DNA from: Arcobacteraceae bacterium | GTDB lineage: Bacteria > Campylobacterota > Campylobacteria > Campylobacterales > Arcobacteraceae | Direction of reading: 5' to 3' | Length of the DNA: 64,000 bases | Assembly: GCA_048268245.1 (NCBI GenBank) | Contig: JBLWVX010000005.1 | Span: 56,003-120,002, forward strand | Shown here: positions 21,636 through 32,897 of the stretch, in pieces | Position numbering within the stretch: position 1 is the first letter of the stretch | Layout of the letters: each line of letters starts with the position of its first letter | Program-made: the position numbers and the translations under genes | The notes under the pieces: model-generated | Told to the model about the DNA's origin: nothing | The model's database searches: none | What the model saw: the letters and a program-made list of their open reading frames with translations, nothing else

Positions 21636-23567
21636 TTATTTAGTGTCACTTTCTATTGGTAACATTAGAATAAATTTTGCTCCATTGAAATTATTACCCT
21701 TATATTCATAAGATACATTCTCAGCAAAAAGTTTTCCTTTTAAACTTTGAGTTATTATATTTTTTGACATATAAAGTCCTATACCTGTACCTTCTCCTTT
21801 TGTAGTAAAGTAAGGGTTAAATACATTTTTTATAATATTTTTATTTATACCTTGTGCATTATCATATATTTCTAAGTTTAAATAATTGTCTTTTTTTGAT
21901 GTTTTGATAAATATAAATTTATTTTCTTTAAGTTCTTCTTTACATTCAAGTGCTTCAGTTGCATTTTTAATTATATTTACTAAAACTTGCAATAGTTCAT
22001 TTTCATTACTTTTAATAGTAACATCTATATCTTCTCTGATTATTTTAATATTACTACTTTTAAAAGAACTTTCTAAAAGTTTTAGTGTTCTATTTATTGT
22101 GTCTGTTACTTTAAACTCATTAAATTGCTTATGAGGTGAAAAGAAGTTTTTAAAATCATCAATAGTTTCTGATAAATATTTTGTCGATTTTGTAATTTTA
22201 TCCATTTGTGAATTTATATCTTCAAGATTTAGATGGTCTAATGCATTTTGCATTTTTATTCCAGAAGAAATTGTTGTAATTTGACTTAAAGGTTGTTTCC
22301 ATTGGTGTGCGATATTAGCTATCATTTCTCCCATCGTTGCCATTTTAGCTTGTTGTGACATTAAGTCATCTTTCTCTTTATTTTCAATGATTTTACTTTC
22401 AATCTCTTTTTTATAAAGCTTTAATCTATTTTCTAAAATTCTTGAAATAAAAAAAGATATTATAAGAAGAATTAAAGTTGTTAAAATACTTATTTTTGTA
22501 ATTGTTTCAATATTGTCTTGTTTTTTCTTTTCAAGAAGTTCTTTTTTCTCTTCAATTTTTTTATTTAAATTTTCAGTATAAAAACCAGTTCCTATAACCC
22601 ATCTATATGCATCAAATTTTCTGATATAAGAGATCTTTTTATTACTTAGTGCATTTTTATCTGTATTTATAGTAGCTACATAAGTCATATACTTGCCATC
22701 ATTATTCTTCGCAAAATTAATAATATCTTGTACTAAATATTTACCTGCATTGTTCTTATAATTTATTCTATTCTTGCCAATAAGGTTTGTTTTATAATGA
22801 GCTAAGTATTTCCCATCAAAATCAATTATAAAAATGTAGGCATTATCTGCATATCTTATTTTTTTTACATACTCTAAAATCTTAGTTTTTAGTTTTGCTT
22901 CAAAATCAACTATATACTCACCTGTTCCTATTATAATATCATAAGGTTCAAAGTATTTATAAAATGAAATTTTTTCAAAGGCTTCATTTGAGTTATGATT
23001 TTTATACCAAAAATATGAATCAAAACTTTCACTTTTATTTTTTATTGTTTCAATCATTTTTCTAACAGGATAATTGCCTTTTTTATCTTTTAAGTTTATA
23101 AAGTTTTTACCTTCAATAGACTTATTTAATGGTTGAAGCACATTATTTCCATATTTGTCATTTATAAAGAAATATCCTCTTCCATCGTTAAAGATTATAC
23201 TTTCTAATGTAGTTTTTATTAAAGAAAAGATTTCTTCTTTTGATTTTGTATCTTTATTTTTTTCATAGATTTTTGTAGCAATATTATGAGCAAGATAAAC
23301 TTTTTCTTTAATAAAAAGTTTTAGCTCTTTTTCTGTATTCTTTTTCTCGTTTTCTATGTAGTTATAAACTCTTTGTACTTCTTCATATACTCTTTTTTTA
23401 TTTTGTTGATAGTACTCTTTTTCTAATTCAGTAATCTCATTTTTGTAAGCTGTTTCTTTTTCATTTAGAATTATTTTAGTTGCAATAAGTGAGAAGATAA
23501 TAACAAATATAATAGGTGCATACTTTATAAAAACTATTATAAACTTGTCATTATTTGATTTAATCAT
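21636..23567 (-). CDS. Cache-domain sensor histidine kinase
   Basis: Two Cache-like units (GYFFIND, IIGTG), IAHQWKQPL H-box, GTGIGLY; probable start MIKSN at 23567. Confidence 0.9.
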   Translation of the reverse strand: MIKSNNDKFIIVFIKYAPIIFVIIFSLIATKIILNEKETAYKNEITELEKEYYQQNKKRVYEEVQRVYNYIENEKKNTEKELKLFIKEKVYLAHNIATKIYEKNKDTKSKEEIFSLIKTTLESIIFNDGRGYFFINDKYGNNVLQPLNKSIEGKNFINLKDKKGNYPVRKMIETIKNKSESFDSYFWYKNHNSNEAFEKISFYKYFEPYDIIIGTGEYIVDFEAKLKTKILEYVKKIRYADNAYIFIIDFDGKYLAHYKTNLIGKNRINYKNNAGKYLVQDIINFAKNNDGKYMTYVATINTDKNALSNKKISYIRKFDAYRWVIGTGFYTENLNKKIEEKKELLEKKKQDNIETITKISILTTLILLIISFFISRILENRLKLYKKEIESKIIENKEKDDLMSQQAKMATMGEMIANIAHQWKQPLSQITTISSGIKMQNALDHLNLEDINSQMDKITKSTKYLSETIDDFKNFFSPHKQFNEFKVTDTINRTLKLLESSFKSSNIKIIREDIDVTIKSNENELLQVLVNIIKNATEALECKEELKENKFIFIKTSKKDNYLNLEIYDNAQGINKNIIKNVFNPYFTTKGEGTGIGLYMSKNIITQSLKGKLFAENVSYEYKGNNFNGAKFILMLPIESDTK

Positions 23568-23667
23568 TACTTGCCTTTTTAATGTATTTTTTATTATATA
23601 ATATATGTTATTAAATATAATAAAAAAATACATTAAAAAAGCTTTAAAAAAGGAGTTTAATCCTTTT

Positions 23668-24291
23668 TTAAAAATAAATATTTTGTGTTAAATCAACAAT
23701 TTGCTTTAGCATACTTGTATGATCGTTATATTTTATATTTATTGGATAAAGCTCTTTTTTATATTTTAGAACAAGAGAAGGGAATACTCTAACTTTAAGT
23801 GACCTTCTTAAGTTTAACTCTTCTTGTAAGTCTTCTTCTATTTTTTGACTTTTTAAATCTTCTTCAAATTTTTTTTCATTTAGGCCAATTTCTTTTGCAA
23901 GAGCAATTAAAGTAGAAGCATCACTTGGATTTTTTGCTTCTAGATAATAAGCATTTTGAATAGCTTCTATCATTTCATCTTCTTTATTTTCATATCTAGC
24001 AAGCATAGTAGCTTGGCATGCAAGATAAGTTGAACGTCTTGGCTCACATTTTTTCCAGAAATCGTGATTGAATTTTGTCCCAACTTCTTTATTTATTTGG
24101 TACCAAATATTTTCAATTATCTCTTGTTGTTCCTTAGGCATAGGTTCATTACTATGTTTAGCTAAACCTCCTACAACATGAACAAGTTCCACATTTGAAG
24201 GCAGTTCTTTTTTTAAGTTATCAAGGGTTGGTTTAAATGCATAACACCATGAACACATTGGATCATGAACATGGTAAAGTGTTGATTTCAT
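23668..24291 (-). CDS. DsbA/FrnE-family thioredoxin-fold protein
   Basis: HDPMCSWCYAF; FP motif. Confidence 0.9.
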   Translation of the reverse strand: MKSTLYHVHDPMCSWCYAFKPTLDNLKKELPSNVELVHVVGGLAKHSNEPMPKEQQEIIENIWYQINKEVGTKFNHDFWKKCEPRRSTYLACQATMLARYENKEDEMIEAIQNAYYLEAKNPSDASTLIALAKEIGLNEKKFEEDLKSQKIEEDLQEELNLRRSLKVRVFPSLVLKYKKELYPINIKYNDHTSMLKQIVDLTQNIYF

Positions 24292-24386
24292 ATATTCTCC
24301 TAAAATTTATATTATACTTGTAGTATACTATATTCATTTAAAAAAAATATTGTAGAATATAATTGATTATATAATTAGGGAAAAAT

Positions 24387-24653
24387 ATGGACTATGAAGA
24401 GTTTGAAAAAGCAGTTGATACTTTAGGAGTTTTAACAAAAACTTCAAGAAAAGATTTGAAAAAAAAATATTTAAAACTCTCAAAAAGATATCATCCAGAT
24501 ATGCCAGAAGGTAGTCATGAAAAGTTTCAAGAAATAAAAGACTCATATGATTTACTTTGTGCATATATGGATTCTTATTGTTTTTTATTTGATGAAAAAG
24601 AGTTTAAAGAGCAGTTCCCCGCTTTTACAAATTATAAAAACTGGAATAAATAA
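24387..24653 (+). CDS. Small DnaJ-domain protein
   Basis: LSKRYHPD..KFQEI. Confidence 0.85.
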   Translation: MDYEEFEKAVDTLGVLTKTSRKDLKKKYLKLSKRYHPDMPEGSHEKFQEIKDSYDLLCAYMDSYCFLFDEKEFKEQFPAFTNYKNWNK

Positions 24654-24664
24654 AAGGAGAAATA

Positions 24665-25525
24665 ATGTTTGAACAAAAAAAAGTTAAAGAATTAGTATTA
24701 ACTTCACTAGTTACAGATGCGTATTGTTTAGGTACACATTGGGTTTATGATGAGAAACAATTATTAGATAATTCAATAGACTTTGAAAAGTTAAATAAGC
24801 CTCTTTCTATTTGGCATAAAGAAAAAGTTGCAGGAGAGTTTACTCATTATGGTGATCAAACTTACTGGCTTTACGAATTTTTAAAAGATAAAGAAATTTT
24901 TGATGAAAAAGAGTATTTGAAGTTTTGGGTATTAAAAATGAGTAGCTACAATGGTTATATTGATGGTGCTTCAAGAAATACTTTACAAAATATAGAAGAT
25001 GGGGTGACTCCAAGTGGTTCTAATTCTACAGATTTATCTATTGTAGGAAGAATTGCACCTTTATTAAAAGTTTCAAAGACAAAAGAAGAGTTTTTAGAAA
25101 ATGTAGAAAAATTTGTAAAGCTAACGCATAATTCATCTAAGGCTTTAAATGCTTCAAGGTTTTTTGCAAAAGTTTTATTAAAAGTTTTAGATAAGAAAGA
25201 TATAAAAGAGGCGATTCTAATATTGAAAGATGAATTTGATATATCAATTCAAAAGCATATTGAAAAAGCAATTGCATCAAAAAATAAAGATACTTTCCAT
25301 GTAATTAGAGAGTTTGGCCCTGCTTGTGATGTAGACCAAGGTTTTGCAGGAACAATACATTTACTTTTAAAATATGATAGTTTAAAAGAAATGTTAATTG
25401 AAAACTCAAAGGCTGGTGGAGATTCTAGTGCTAGAGCCATGATAGCTTCTATAATATTTATGGCAAACAATTCAATAAAGCAAATACCAAATGATTGGTT
25501 AGCAATTAAAGTGGTAGTAGACTAG
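24665..25525 (+). CDS. ADP-ribosylglycohydrolase family protein
   Basis: DAYCLG.HW, THYGDQT, LTHN, AGGDSSAR. Confidence 0.82.
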   Translation: MFEQKKVKELVLTSLVTDAYCLGTHWVYDEKQLLDNSIDFEKLNKPLSIWHKEKVAGEFTHYGDQTYWLYEFLKDKEIFDEKEYLKFWVLKMSSYNGYIDGASRNTLQNIEDGVTPSGSNSTDLSIVGRIAPLLKVSKTKEEFLENVEKFVKLTHNSSKALNASRFFAKVLLKVLDKKDIKEAILILKDEFDISIQKHIEKAIASKNKDTFHVIREFGPACDVDQGFAGTIHLLLKYDSLKEMLIENSKAGGDSSARAMIASIIFMANNSIKQIPNDWLAIKVVVD

Positions 25526-25532
25526 GAGATTT

Positions 25533-25964
25533 ATGAAAAAAACAGTACTAAATTTTTTCTCTGATAAATTATATATAGAATTAGCTATTGCTTCAGTTTT
25601 GTTTATTATAGCTTTGTCTTTAGATATGTTAATGGATTTTATTATCTACATGCTTTATTTTATAATCTTTTTAGAGATTGTTAGAGCTGTAATTAACTAT
25701 ATAAGGGAACAAAGAGTTGCTTTAACACTTTTAGTTGATGCTTTCATAATTCTTGCATTAAGAGAGTTTATTGTAAATGTTGTGAAGGTTAATAAAGAAG
25801 AGTTAAATACAATAGAAGCAATATTTAGCAGTTCGGTTAATTATAATCTTCTTATTTTATCAGGAGTAATAGTGTTTTTACTTGTTGTCAGATACTTCTC
25901 TATTAAAACTTCTCAAAAATATTTATTTTCTAGAAAGTTAAAAGAGGATAAAAAAAACGATTAA
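25533..25964 (+). CDS. PsiE-family membrane protein
   Basis: FLEIVRA..Y..LVDAFII..LRE pattern; 4 TM. Confidence 0.7.
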   Translation: MKKTVLNFFSDKLYIELAIASVLFIIALSLDMLMDFIIYMLYFIIFLEIVRAVINYIREQRVALTLLVDAFIILALREFIVNVVKVNKEELNTIEAIFSSSVNYNLLILSGVIVFLLVVRYFSIKTSQKYLFSRKLKEDKKND

Positions 25965-26152
25965 TGTAACTTATCGTAGGATATAGAATAATTAGTAAAT
26001 GTTATTCAATTATACTTAAATATTAAAGTTATTTTAATTGAAAACAGAATATTATTTAGCAAGAGTAATGATTCTTTGAGGGGTTTAATAAGAATTATTA
26101 GAAAATAGGAATTATTATTAAAGAATTTCTATTAAAGAATAAAGGGGTAATT

Positions 26153-28702
26153 ATGTTTAAATCTATATCCATTAAAGCAAAACTACTAATGATTGTAATC
26201 ACGTCGATTGTTGTAGTTTCTGTTGCAATGATTATTCAATCAATTGTATCATTGCAAGAGACATCTGAAACTGTAATTGAAAAGTTTAAAGCAGATGCTT
26301 ACGATTCTAAAGAAAAAGAGTTAGAAAACTATATTTCTTTAGCAATGAAAACTGTTGAATCTTATCATGCAAGAACTTCGAAAGATAAGGTAAAAGCTGA
26401 AGTTCAAAGTTATCTAAAAGAACAAACAGGTTTTATGTTATCAGTTATGGAAGGAACTTACGAAAAGTACAAAGATAAAGTTTCAGAAGAAGAGTTAAGA
26501 GAACTAGTAAAAACAGCAGTTAAATCTACTAGATATGGTAAAACTGGATATTTCTGGATGAATGACTTAGATGCAAATATTGTTATGCATCCAATTAAAC
26601 CACAACTTGATGGAAAAGATTTATCTCAATATAAAGATAAAGGTGGAAAGAGAATATTCTTTGAGTTTGCAAAAGTAGCAAAACAAAATGGTGAAGGTTT
26701 CGTTGATTATGTATGGCCTAAACCAGGATTTGAAAAACCACAAGATAAAGTATCTTTTGTAAAACTATTTAAACCATTTGGTTGGGTAGTTGGAACTGGT
26801 GAATATGTTGATGATGTTACTTCAAGATTACAAGAAGAAGCATATAAAGCAATTGCAGATATGAGATATGGAAAGGATGGAAGTGGATATTTTTGGATTA
26901 ATGATTCAAATCATGTTGTAAAAATGCACCCGATTAAACCATCTTTAAATGGTAAAAATATGTATGATTTACAGGACCCAAATGGAAAATATCTATATAG
27001 AGAAATCGTAAAAATTGCTAATGAAAAAGCAGAAGGTGGATTCTTAGATTATATATGGGAAAAACCTGGATTCTCAAAGCCACAACCTAAAATATCTTTT
27101 GTTCAAAAGTTTGAAGAGTGGGATTGGATAATAGGAACTGGTGTATATGTAGATGATATTGAAGTAAAAATTGCAGAGATGGAAGCAAAGACTCAAGAAC
27201 AGATTTTAGATGTAATTATTAGAAACTGTATTATTATTTTTGTAATTATGATTATTTTAGCATTTGTAATGGCTGTATTATCTAATAAAGCAATCTTTAA
27301 ACCTTTACAAGATTTCCAAGATGGCTTATTAAACTTCTTTAAATATATCAATAAAGAGAAAGATGATGTTGATCATTTAGATGATAGTGCAGATGATGAA
27401 ATTGGTAGAATGGCTAAAATTATCAATCAAAATGTTGTTAAAACTAAATCATTAATTGAACAAGATGCAGCACTTATTGAAGATGTTACAAGAGTAGTTG
27501 CGCATATTAAAGATGGATATTTAGATAGTAGAGTTGAAAAAAATACGCAAACAGAAGCACTACAAATCTTACAAACTCAAATTAATGAGATGTTAGATAA
27601 TTTAGAAACAAACATTGGTAGAGATACAAATGTAATTTTAGATGTATTAGCTAAATATGGTCAACTTGACTTTAGAGAAAATATTAAAAATGCTAATGGT
27701 AAAGTAGAAGTTGCAATCAATGACTTATCTAAAATCATTAACGATATGCTAGCAGAGAATAAACAAAATGGTTTAACTCTTGATTCAAGTTCAGATGTAT
27801 TACTTGAAAATGTTGATAAATTAAATAAAAACTCTACAACAACAGCAACAGCCTTAGAAGAAACAGCAGCAGCTTTAGAAGAAATTACTAGCACAATTAT
27901 TAATAATACAGATAGTATTACTACTATGGCAGCAAATTCTGAAGAGTTATCTCGGTCTATTAAAATTGGACAACAATTAGCAACAGGAACTGTTAAATCT
28001 ATGGATGAAATTAATGACCAAACACAAGATATTGCAGAAGCAATTACAGTTATTGATCAAATTGCATTCCAAACTAATATCCTTTCATTAAATGCAGCAG
28101 TTGAAGCAGCAACAGCTGGTGAAGCAGGTAAAGGATTCGCTGTTGTAGCGCAAGAAGTAAGAAACCTTGCAGCAAGATCTGCAGAAGCTGCTAAAGAAAT
28201 TAAAGATATTGTTGAAAAAGCAACTGAAAAAGCAAATGCTGGTAAAGATGGTGCTGATAAAATGATTAAAGGTTATGAATCATTAAATGAAAGCATCTTA
28301 AAAACTACAGAATTAATTGCTACGATTTCAGAAGCTTCAAAAGAGCAAAGAGCAGGTATTGAGCAAATTAATGATGCTGTAACTCAGCTTGATCAGCAAA
28401 CACAACAAAATGTTATTATTTCAAATACAACTCATAGTATTGCTTCTCAAACTGATGAAATAGCTAAACTTATTGTTCAACAAGCAGATGAAAAAGAGTT
28501 TATTGGAAAAGATAGTATTAAAAGTGAAGCTGTAAAATTAAACGAAAAAAGTTCAGAAGAGATTTTAGCAGAACTTAGAAATCAAACAAATGCTAAGATT
28601 TCATCTAAACCAAAACAAGCACAAACTCACACAGCACCTACATCAAGTGCAAAACAATCATTTACTGACACAAGTAGTGATGATGAATGGGAAAGCTTCT
28701 AA
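26153..28702 (+). CDS. Methyl-accepting chemotaxis protein with tandem Cache domains
   Basis: GYFW..MHPIKP twice; [31 protein letters not shown]-terminal pentapeptide EWESF. Confidence 0.95.
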   Translation: MFKSISIKAKLLMIVITSIVVVSVAMIIQSIVSLQETSETVIEKFKADAYDSKEKELENYISLAMKTVESYHARTSKDKVKAEVQSYLKEQTGFMLSVMEGTYEKYKDKVSEEELRELVKTAVKSTRYGKTGYFWMNDLDANIVMHPIKPQLDGKDLSQYKDKGGKRIFFEFAKVAKQNGEGFVDYVWPKPGFEKPQDKVSFVKLFKPFGWVVGTGEYVDDVTSRLQEEAYKAIADMRYGKDGSGYFWINDSNHVVKMHPIKPSLNGKNMYDLQDPNGKYLYREIVKIANEKAEGGFLDYIWEKPGFSKPQPKISFVQKFEEWDWIIGTGVYVDDIEVKIAEMEAKTQEQILDVIIRNCIIIFVIMIILAFVMAVLSNKAIFKPLQDFQDGLLNFFKYINKEKDDVDHLDDSADDEIGRMAKIINQNVVKTKSLIEQDAALIEDVTRVVAHIKDGYLDSRVEKNTQTEALQILQTQINEMLDNLETNIGRDTNVILDVLAKYGQLDFRENIKNANGKVEVAINDLSKIINDMLAENKQNGLTLDSSSDVLLENVDKLNKNSTTTATALEETAAALEEITSTIINNTDSITTMAANSEELSRSIKIGQQLATGTVKSMDEINDQTQDIAEAITVIDQIAFQTNILSLNAAVEAATAGEAGKGFAVVAQEVRNLAARSAEAAKEIKDIVEKATEKANAGKDGADKMIKGYESLNESILKTTELIATISEASKEQRAGIEQINDAVTQLDQQTQQNVIISNTTHSIASQTDEIAKLIVQQADEKEFIGKDSIKSEAVKLNEKSSEEILAELRNQTNAKISSKPKQAQTHTAPTSSAKQSFTDTSSDDEWESF

Positions 28703-28714
28703 AAGAAGCTTTTC
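28691..28714. terminator. Bidirectional terminator between MCP and response regulator
   Basis: AAAGCTTCT-AAA-AGAAGCTTT hairpin between convergent genes. Confidence 0.6.
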
Positions 28715-28721
28715 TCTCATC

Positions 28722-29384
28722 TCATTTAATTAATTTATATCCTACACCTCTTAAATTTATAATCATTCCACTTTTTAGTTTTTGTTTCAATTTATGAATA
28801 ATACTTCTCATACTTACAGTTTGCATTTCTTTTGAACTCCATACATACTCATGAATCATTTCATTTGTTACTGTTTTATTTATATTTTTAGAAAAGAGTG
28901 TAAGAAGAAGTTTCTCTTTTACTGTTAAGTCTATTTCATGTTTATGTTTATAAAGCCTTTGCTCTATTAAATCAAAAGAGAAGTTGTTTCCTAAATCTTT
29001 TTGTAATTCACTGTTTTTTTCTAAGTTTAAGTGGGATAAATGGTACTCAATTCTAAGATAAAGTTCCTCAAAATCAAAAGGTTTTTTTATATAATCATTA
29101 CAACCAAGATTGTATGATTTTTTGATATTTTCAATATCAATTTTAGCACTAATCATAATAACAGGGGTATTAATATCTTTTTGTCTAATAAATTCTAAGG
29201 TTTTATGTCCATCAAAACCTAAAACATTTACATCTAAGATATATAAATCATAACTATCATTTAGTATTTTATCAATAGCTTTGTATCCATCAATAAAACT
29301 ATCAATAAAAAAGCCTTTTTTTTCTAAAGATATTTTTATAATTTTATTTAAATTATGATCATCTTCAAGTAATAATATTTTCAT
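28722..29384 (-). CDS. OmpR-family response regulator
   Basis: LLEDD, DYIKKPF, winged helix ending RGVGY. Confidence 0.92.
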   Translation of the reverse strand: MKILLLEDDHNLNKIIKISLEKKGFFIDSFIDGYKAIDKILNDSYDLYILDVNVLGFDGHKTLEFIRQKDINTPVIMISAKIDIENIKKSYNLGCNDYIKKPFDFEELYLRIEYHLSHLNLEKNSELQKDLGNNFSFDLIEQRLYKHKHEIDLTVKEKLLLTLFSKNINKTVTNEMIHEYVWSSKEMQTVSMRSIIHKLKQKLKSGMIINLRGVGYKLIK

Positions 29385-30436
29385 TAAACTTCCTTAGTTT
29401 TATTTGTTGGAAAAATATATGAGAAGCTAGTTTGTTGTTTATTAGATTCTATATTTATTTTTATATCATTACTTTGACAAATCTCTTTTACAATACTAAG
29501 ACCTAAACCTAAGCCAATGTTTTTATCTTTTTGTTGATAATAAGCTTCAAAAATAGAATCTTTATTTTTAATAATAATTCCTTTATTTCTTACCTCTATT
29601 ATTCCTTGATTTTTATAATCTAAAATAATTTCAATATCCTCTTTTTCAAAAGAGTATTTTATTGCATTAGATATTGTATTATCTATTACTCTTTCAAGTT
29701 CATAACTATCCATATAAAGCTCAAACTCTTTATAAATTTCTAAATGAATATGTATATCTTTTACTTTTGCAATCTCATCAAAAAATTGAATTCTTGAAGA
29801 TAAAAAGGAAACTATATCTATTTTTTCACAAGTTGTTTCTCTTACTTGTTTTTTTGTTAAAAAATATAAATCATTATAGATTGAAGAGAGTGATTTTGAT
29901 GAAGCTTTTATAACTTCAAGTTGCTCTTTTTGTCCTATTTGCTCTTCTAAATTATCCACATTTAAAGAGATCACACTTAAAGGTGTGTTTATTTCATGAA
30001 TTATTTTTTTTAAGAAAAAGTCTTGTTGATTTAGTAGTTTTGAGATTGTTTGTTTGCTTTCATAAATTTGAAGTTGGGTCTTTATTCTAGCTTTTACTTC
30101 TTCTTGCTCAAAGGGTTTTGTAATATAATCAACTCCACCTTGTTCAAAAGCTTTAACTTTAATAGATATATCATCTAATGCACTAATAAAAATTATGGGG
30201 ATATCTTTAATCTTTTCATTTTGTTTTACCATTTTACACACTTCAAACCCATCAATATCTGGCATTTTTATATCAAGTAGTATTAGATTTGGCGGGTTTT
30301 CTTTTGCTGAGTTTATAGCAAACAGTGCATCAGGTGTAGCTTTTAATTCATAAGGTTCCTCTTTTAAAATTTCTTTTAGGTATTTTAGGTTTTCGATTTT
30401 ATCATCTATTATAAGTACTGTATATTTTTTATTCAT
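29384..30436 (-). CDS. Receiver-histidine kinase hybrid (REC-HisKA-HATPase)
   Basis: IIDD, LLDIKMP, HEINTPL, NAIKY, GLGLGL; probable start MNKKY. Confidence 0.88.
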   Translation of the reverse strand: MNKKYTVLIIDDKIENLKYLKEILKEEPYELKATPDALFAINSAKENPPNLILLDIKMPDIDGFEVCKMVKQNEKIKDIPIIFISALDDISIKVKAFEQGGVDYITKPFEQEEVKARIKTQLQIYESKQTISKLLNQQDFFLKKIIHEINTPLSVISLNVDNLEEQIGQKEQLEVIKASSKSLSSIYNDLYFLTKKQVRETTCEKIDIVSFLSSRIQFFDEIAKVKDIHIHLEIYKEFELYMDSYELERVIDNTISNAIKYSFEKEDIEIILDYKNQGIIEVRNKGIIIKNKDSIFEAYYQQKDKNIGLGLGLSIVKEICQSNDIKINIESNKQQTSFSYIFPTNKTKEV

Positions 30437-30511
30437 TATGTTTACTCTTTTTTCTTTTGCTATTGTTACAATTATAAGCAAATAGATATAAAGATAGATT
30501 TAGGATTTTAG

Positions 30512-32800
30512 GTGAAATTGAAGAAACTTTTTATGTTGCTGTTTATTTTTAATACAGTTGCTTTTATAAGTATGGCAATTGTGATTAATAAATATCAAAA
30601 AGCAACTATTGATTTAGAAGATGCATATGAAATGCAATATAAGTCACTTATTTTAGCCCATGAATTAAGACAAAGTAGTGATGATTTAACTAGAATGGCT
30701 AGAACTTATGTAATTACAGGTAATCCTATGTTTGAACAGCAGTATAAAACTGTTTTAGATATTAGAAATGGATTAAAGCCTAGACCTAAAAGATACAATG
30801 GTATTTTTTGGGATTTTCTTACAATTGATGGAAGTAAAGCTAAATTAGATGGCAAAAAAATACCTTTACGTGAATTAATGAAAGAGGTAAACTTTCCAGA
30901 TGAAGAGCTGAACTTACTTTTTACTTCACAAAATGAATCAGATGAATTAACAAGACTAGAGCATAAAGCAATGAATGCAGTTAAAGGTATTTTTGAAGAT
31001 AAAAATGGAAACTATACTATAAAAACAGAACCTAACTTTAAATTAGCTAGACAAATTATGCACTCAAAGCAGTATCATGAAGCAAAGATACGAATAATGA
31101 AGCCTTTAGATACCTTCTATAAAGCTTTTGAAAAAAGAACAAAACAAAAAGTTATTGAAGCAGCAAGTATAGTAAAACAACAAGAGTTAAATGTAAATGT
31201 AATTGTAGTTTTATCTATTCTTATATTTTTAACTTCCTTTTTTATTATTCTTTTTAGAATAGTATATCCACTTGATTTACTTAGAAAAATAATGTTAAGA
31301 CTATCAAAAAATGATATGAGTGTAGAGTTAGAGAAAAATAAATATGAAGATGAAATAGGTGATATGATAGGTGCTGTTGAGATTTTTAAAGATAATACAA
31401 CAAAGCTTATAAGTAGTGAGTCAAAATTAAGAGTTGCTATTAGTGAAGCAAAAAGTGCAAATAAGGCAAAATCAATATTTCTAGCTAGAATGAGTCATGA
31501 ATTAAGGACACCTTTAAACGCAATATTAGGTTTTTCAAGTCTCCTTCAAAAATCAAAAAATATAAATAAGGATGAGTTAGAAAATCTAAGTATTATTCAT
31601 AAAAGTGGTAAGCATCTTTTAAATATCATAAATGAAATATTAGAACTTTCAAAAATTGAAGCAGGAAAAATTGAAATACGACCAACAAACTTTGATTTTT
31701 ATGAACTAATAAAAGAAATAGATTCAATTTTTAGCTTTAGATGTAAGGCTAAAACTATTGAGTTTAATATAAATCATTTATCAACTCTTCCAAAGTATAT
31801 AAAAGCTGATGAACAAAGGTTGAAACAAATACTTATAAATTTACTTGGAAATTCATTAAAGTTTACAGAAAAAAAAGGCTCTATTTTAGTGAATATCTAT
31901 GAAAAAAATAAAAAGCTTTTCTTTGAAGTCAAAGATAGTGGTAAAGGTATAAAAAAAGAGGACTTGGAAAAAATATTTAAACCCTTTGAACAAGTAAGTG
32001 ATGAAGAGTTTAAGCAAAAAGGTACAGGACTTGGTTTATCTATTACTAAAGAGTTAGTAAGTTTAATGGGTGGAGATATTTATGTAAAGAGTCAAGCAAA
32101 TATTGGAAGTGAATTTTACTTTAGTATAAATTATGAAGAGAGTTTTGAAGAGAAATCAAAATCAAAGAGTTTACAGCTTTTCTCGAACCAAGAGATAAAA
32201 GGTGAAAACAAAACTATTTTGGTTGTTGATGATATAAAAATAAATAGAGATTTGATTTGTAAGATATTGCAAGAGTATGATTTTAAAACTTACGAAGCAA
32301 ATAGTGGGAAAGAAGCTTTAGAGTTAATCTCAAAATATGATATAGATTTAATTTGTATGGATATTTTGATGAAAGATTTAAATGGCTTAGAAACTATGAA
32401 AATACTAAGAAAAGATTTAAATAAAAAAATGCCTATTATTGCAATATCTGCAAACGTGTATGAAGAAGATATATCTAAAGCCTTAGCTTGTGGAGCAAAT
32501 GACTTTATATGTAAACCAATAGATGAAAATGAACTAATCTCTAAAATCTCTAAATATCTAGCTTTAAAGACACAAACTAGTGACTTATCAAATGAAAATA
32601 TAGAAGATAGCTTTAGTTCTCAAAGTAGTACTTTTTTTGAATTACTAAAAAAACACAGTTTAGATATGAATGAAGATAAGATACTTGAACTTCTTGAAAC
32701 ATATAAACTCTCAAAAAATCAAAAGGCTTATATAAAAGCACTACTTGATGATTTTAATTACACTAAAATAAATGAACTATGTATAAAATATATACACTAG
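30512..32800 (+). CDS. Membrane hybrid sensor kinase (periplasmic domain-HAMP-HisKA-HATPase-REC)
   Basis: SHELRTPLN, NSLKFT, GTGLGL, VVDD..MDI. Confidence 0.92.
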   Translation: MKLKKLFMLLFIFNTVAFISMAIVINKYQKATIDLEDAYEMQYKSLILAHELRQSSDDLTRMARTYVITGNPMFEQQYKTVLDIRNGLKPRPKRYNGIFWDFLTIDGSKAKLDGKKIPLRELMKEVNFPDEELNLLFTSQNESDELTRLEHKAMNAVKGIFEDKNGNYTIKTEPNFKLARQIMHSKQYHEAKIRIMKPLDTFYKAFEKRTKQKVIEAASIVKQQELNVNVIVVLSILIFLTSFFIILFRIVYPLDLLRKIMLRLSKNDMSVELEKNKYEDEIGDMIGAVEIFKDNTTKLISSESKLRVAISEAKSANKAKSIFLARMSHELRTPLNAILGFSSLLQKSKNINKDELENLSIIHKSGKHLLNIINEILELSKIEAGKIEIRPTNFDFYELIKEIDSIFSFRCKAKTIEFNINHLSTLPKYIKADEQRLKQILINLLGNSLKFTEKKGSILVNIYEKNKKLFFEVKDSGKGIKKEDLEKIFKPFEQVSDEEFKQKGTGLGLSITKELVSLMGGDIYVKSQANIGSEFYFSINYEESFEEKSKSKSLQLFSNQEIKGENKTILVVDDIKINRDLICKILQEYDFKTYEANSGKEALELISKYDIDLICMDILMKDLNGLETMKILRKDLNKKMPIIAISANVYEEDISKALACGANDFICKPIDENELISKISKYLALKTQTSDLSNENIEDSFSSQSSTFFELLKKHSLDMNEDKILELLETYKLSKNQKAYIKALLDDFNYTKINELCIKYIH

Positions 32801-32819
32801 GTCTTTGTTTAGAACTTAA

Positions 32820-32854
32820 AAAACAACACTAAAACAACACTTCTTTTTTATACT
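32820..32854 (+). promoter_or_regulatory. 11-bp tandem repeat (AAAACAACACT x2) plus TATACT -10 upstream of urtA
   Basis: Perfect direct repeat with one-helical-turn period, typical of OmpR-family sites. Confidence 0.6.
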
Positions 32855-32897
32855 TCTTTTTAGAAGTCAAGATGACTTGAATTAAAAAGGAGAATTC